DNA of 64,000 nt, taken from positions 64,001 to 128,000 of the forward strand of contig JBBCAW010000004.1 in the NCBI GenBank assembly GCA_051382295.1, in the 5' to 3' direction. The notes beneath the pieces are model-generated. The model did not search any database. It saw only the letters and a list, made by a program, of their open reading frames with translations, and was not told the DNA's origin. The DNA is from Bdellovibrionota bacterium FG-1 (GTDB taxonomy: Bacteria > Bdellovibrionota > UBA1018). Position 1 is the first letter of the stretch, and every line of letters starts with the position of its first letter. This document shows, in pieces, positions 62,135-64,000 of this stretch. The position numbers and the translations under genes were made by a program.

Positions 62135-62218
62135 GGTTGGTTAAGGGTAACATATAAAATTTGGGCGGATCAAGGACCCTCTTGACGGGGAGCTCTCATT
62201 CAGGGCAGTTTGACCGTT

Positions 62219-63268
62219 ATGTCGAAGATCCATGGCATTACGTTTGATGACGTCCTTTTGATTCCCTCTTATAACCATTACGAATCACGTCGATTAGTCG
62301 ATATTTCGGTAGCTGATAAAAGCGGAAAGCTCAAGCTTGAGTTGCCTGTCATGACCTCGAATATGGATACCGTCACCGAGAGCAATATGGCTAATTTCAT
62401 CGGCGAAAAGGGCGGAATCGGGGTTTTGCATCGATTTATGTCGATTGAGCGCAATGTTGAGGAGTTCAAGGCTTGTCGGTTCCCAACCTTTGTTTCGCTC
62501 GGGACTTCTGAAAAGGATTTTGAGCGGGCGGCCGCGCTTCGGGATGCGGGTGCTTCACTTTTCTGTATTGATGTTGCGCATGGTCATGCCAAGTATGTGG
62601 GAAAGACGCTCAAGCGCCTTCGCGAAATGTTGCCCAATGCCTGTTTCATGGCTGGAAACGTCGCTACTTACGCGGGCGCGGACTTTTTGGCCTCCTGTGG
62701 CGCCGATATCCTCAAGGTGGGGATTGGGGGGGGCTCCGTGTGCAGCACCCGGATCAAAACCGGATTTGGCGTTCCGATGCTGACTTCGATTCAGGAGTGC
62801 GCTCGAGTGGATCGTTCTATTATTGCAGATGGCGGAATTCGCACTTCCGGTGACATCGTGAAGGCACTCGCCTTTGGTGCAGATTTTGTCATGCTCGGGG
62901 GGATGCTTTCGGGGACTCGGCCTACCCCCGGAGTCGTGATCAATCGCGAAGGACGTTTAGTGAAGGAATATCGCGGAATGGCGTCGCGCGAGGCTCAAGA
63001 AGACTTTATGGGCGGAATGCCCGAATGGAAAACGGCTGAAGGCGTGGCTACCTATGTTCCTTATCGGGAAGACGAAGAGGCCATTATCGCGGATATTGTG
63101 GGGGGACTGCGCTCGGGCCTGACCTACGGCGGGTCGGCGACGATTCGTGAGTTGCAGCGTAAACTGAATTATATGGAGGTCTCAAATGCTTCACGGATTG
63201 AGAGCCTTCCCCATAAGACGTTGGCTCCTCTTGAGTCTGGTGCTCCATCTCCTGGCCGCATGGTTTAG
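62219..63268 (+). CDS. IMP dehydrogenase/GMP reductase family enzyme without CBS domains
   Basis: TFDDVLL, NMDTV, IDVAHG, AGNV, GIGGGSVCSTR, ADGG, YRGMAS, EGV; GuaB vs GuaC not resolvable by eye. Confidence 0.9.
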   Translation: MSKIHGITFDDVLLIPSYNHYESRRLVDISVADKSGKLKLELPVMTSNMDTVTESNMANFIGEKGGIGVLHRFMSIERNVEEFKACRFPTFVSLGTSEKDFERAAALRDAGASLFCIDVAHGHAKYVGKTLKRLREMLPNACFMAGNVATYAGADFLASCGADILKVGIGGGSVCSTRIKTGFGVPMLTSIQECARVDRSIIADGGIRTSGDIVKALAFGADFVMLGGMLSGTRPTPGVVINREGRLVKEYRGMASREAQEDFMGGMPEWKTAEGVATYVPYREDEEAIIADIVGGLRSGLTYGGSATIRELQRKLNYMEVSNASRIESLPHKTLAPLESGAPSPGRMV

Positions 63269-64000
63269 TGTCGGTTTTTACGATCTCGATGAGCATTTTC
63301 AGACTCTCGAATTTTTAAGTCATCACCTCGGGTGGGCTACTGCCGCGGATCTTCCGTGGGAATTTTCCGCCCAACAGCGACCTTGGATTCAACCGCTTTT
63401 GTACGCTGCGATTGCAAAAGGCTGGATGTTTTTTGGGGTCACACGGCCTGCTTGGTGGGCTGCCAGTTTTCGCGCCGTATCGGCCCTTTTGGGTTGGTTG
63501 GCAACCTCGATCCTATCGGTAGGCGTATTTTCTTGGTTTGATAATGACCGGGCGAGAAAGATGACGCTTTGGCTTTTAGCATTGCTTTGGTTTTTGCCCT
63601 ATTTTCACGCGCGAACCTCATCCGAAAGTTTTTCGAGCTCATTGTTTTTTATTGGCGCGGGGCTGCTGGCTTTAGGCCTAGAGAGCGGTTCTCTGAGTTT
63701 CGGTTGGGGTGGGGTAGTGGGTTTTTTACTTGGGCTTGCCGGTTATGCCCGTTACCAAATTGGGCCCATGCACGTGGGCTTACTCCTTTGGTGTGTTTTT
63801 GTCGCAAGAGTCAAGATGCGCGGGATGTTGGCCATGGGGTTCGGCGCATTCCTGGCGATGGCGGTGGGCTTGGCGGCGGACCGGATTGGTTATGGGTTTT
63901 GGACTTTTTCGCCGTGGAATCACCTCTACGTCAATGTCATTCAAGGATACGCGGCTCAGCAGTTTGGAGCGCAGTCGTGGTGGTTTTATCTCTATTTCGT
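63186..64000 (+). CDS. Alg9/PIG-B-like (GT22, GT-C fold) mannosyltransferase, truncated by window end (not in ORF track)
   Basis: GGAGGT RBS, ATG 63186, frame open to the window end: AWFSVGFYDLDEHFQTLE, LPWEF...RPW, RTSSE, RYQ, D..GYG.W...PWN, WWFY. Confidence 0.8.
   Translation, partial: MLHGLRAFPIRRWLLLSLVLHLLAAWFSVGFYDLDEHFQTLEFLSHHLGWATAADLPWEFSAQQRPWIQPLLYAAIAKGWMFFGVTRPAWWAASFRAVSALLGWLATSILSVGVFSWFDNDRARKMTLWLLALLWFLPYFHARTSSESFSSSLFFIGAGLLALGLESGSLSFGWGGVVGFLLGLAGYARYQIGPMHVGLLLWCVFVARVKMRGMLAMGFGAFLAMAVGLAADRIGYGFWTFSPWNHLYVNVIQGYAAQQFGAQSWWFYLYF

Overview
Gene-dense bacterial chromosomal segment of about 50% GC (estimated by eye). Gene style suggests Bdellovibrionota: many signal-peptide, lipoprotein and beta-barrel orphans plus choice-of-anchor-D/Kelch and matrixin proteins (inference). 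I saw no rRNA, tRNA, CRISPR array, integrase or transposase. Left part: radA, glpK, an acyltransferase, a cupredoxin, a non-luminescent GNAT-luxE-luxC(+acyl-CoA ligase fusion) operon, ligA and a patatin. At 18.4-19.6 kb is a decayed two-component pair (OmpR-type regulator with an in-frame TAA; kinase apparently missing its core). From 19.7 to 40 kb is a run of exported proteins: Fic enzyme, HEXXH proteins, matrixin-RCC1 fusion, beta-barrels (one frameshifted), a Kelch lipoprotein, an MFS transporter and a phosphoesterase. From 40.2 to 53.5 kb is one apparent operon joining 2-oxoacid:ferredoxin oxidoreductase, an 11-subunit complex I (no nuoEFG) and a ferredoxin, with RegA/RegR-like boxes in the divergent promoter shared with hemerythrin/ferritin-like genes. 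Right part: RRM protein, DEAD-box helicase, FGE-sulfatase-fold protein, S28 peptidase, orphan higA, PAS protein, GuaB/GuaC-family enzyme and a truncated GT22-like mannosyltransferase. Three ORFs absent from the supplied track were found by hand (1..81, 38193..38363, 63186..64000). All family calls come from motif recognition; no searches were run.
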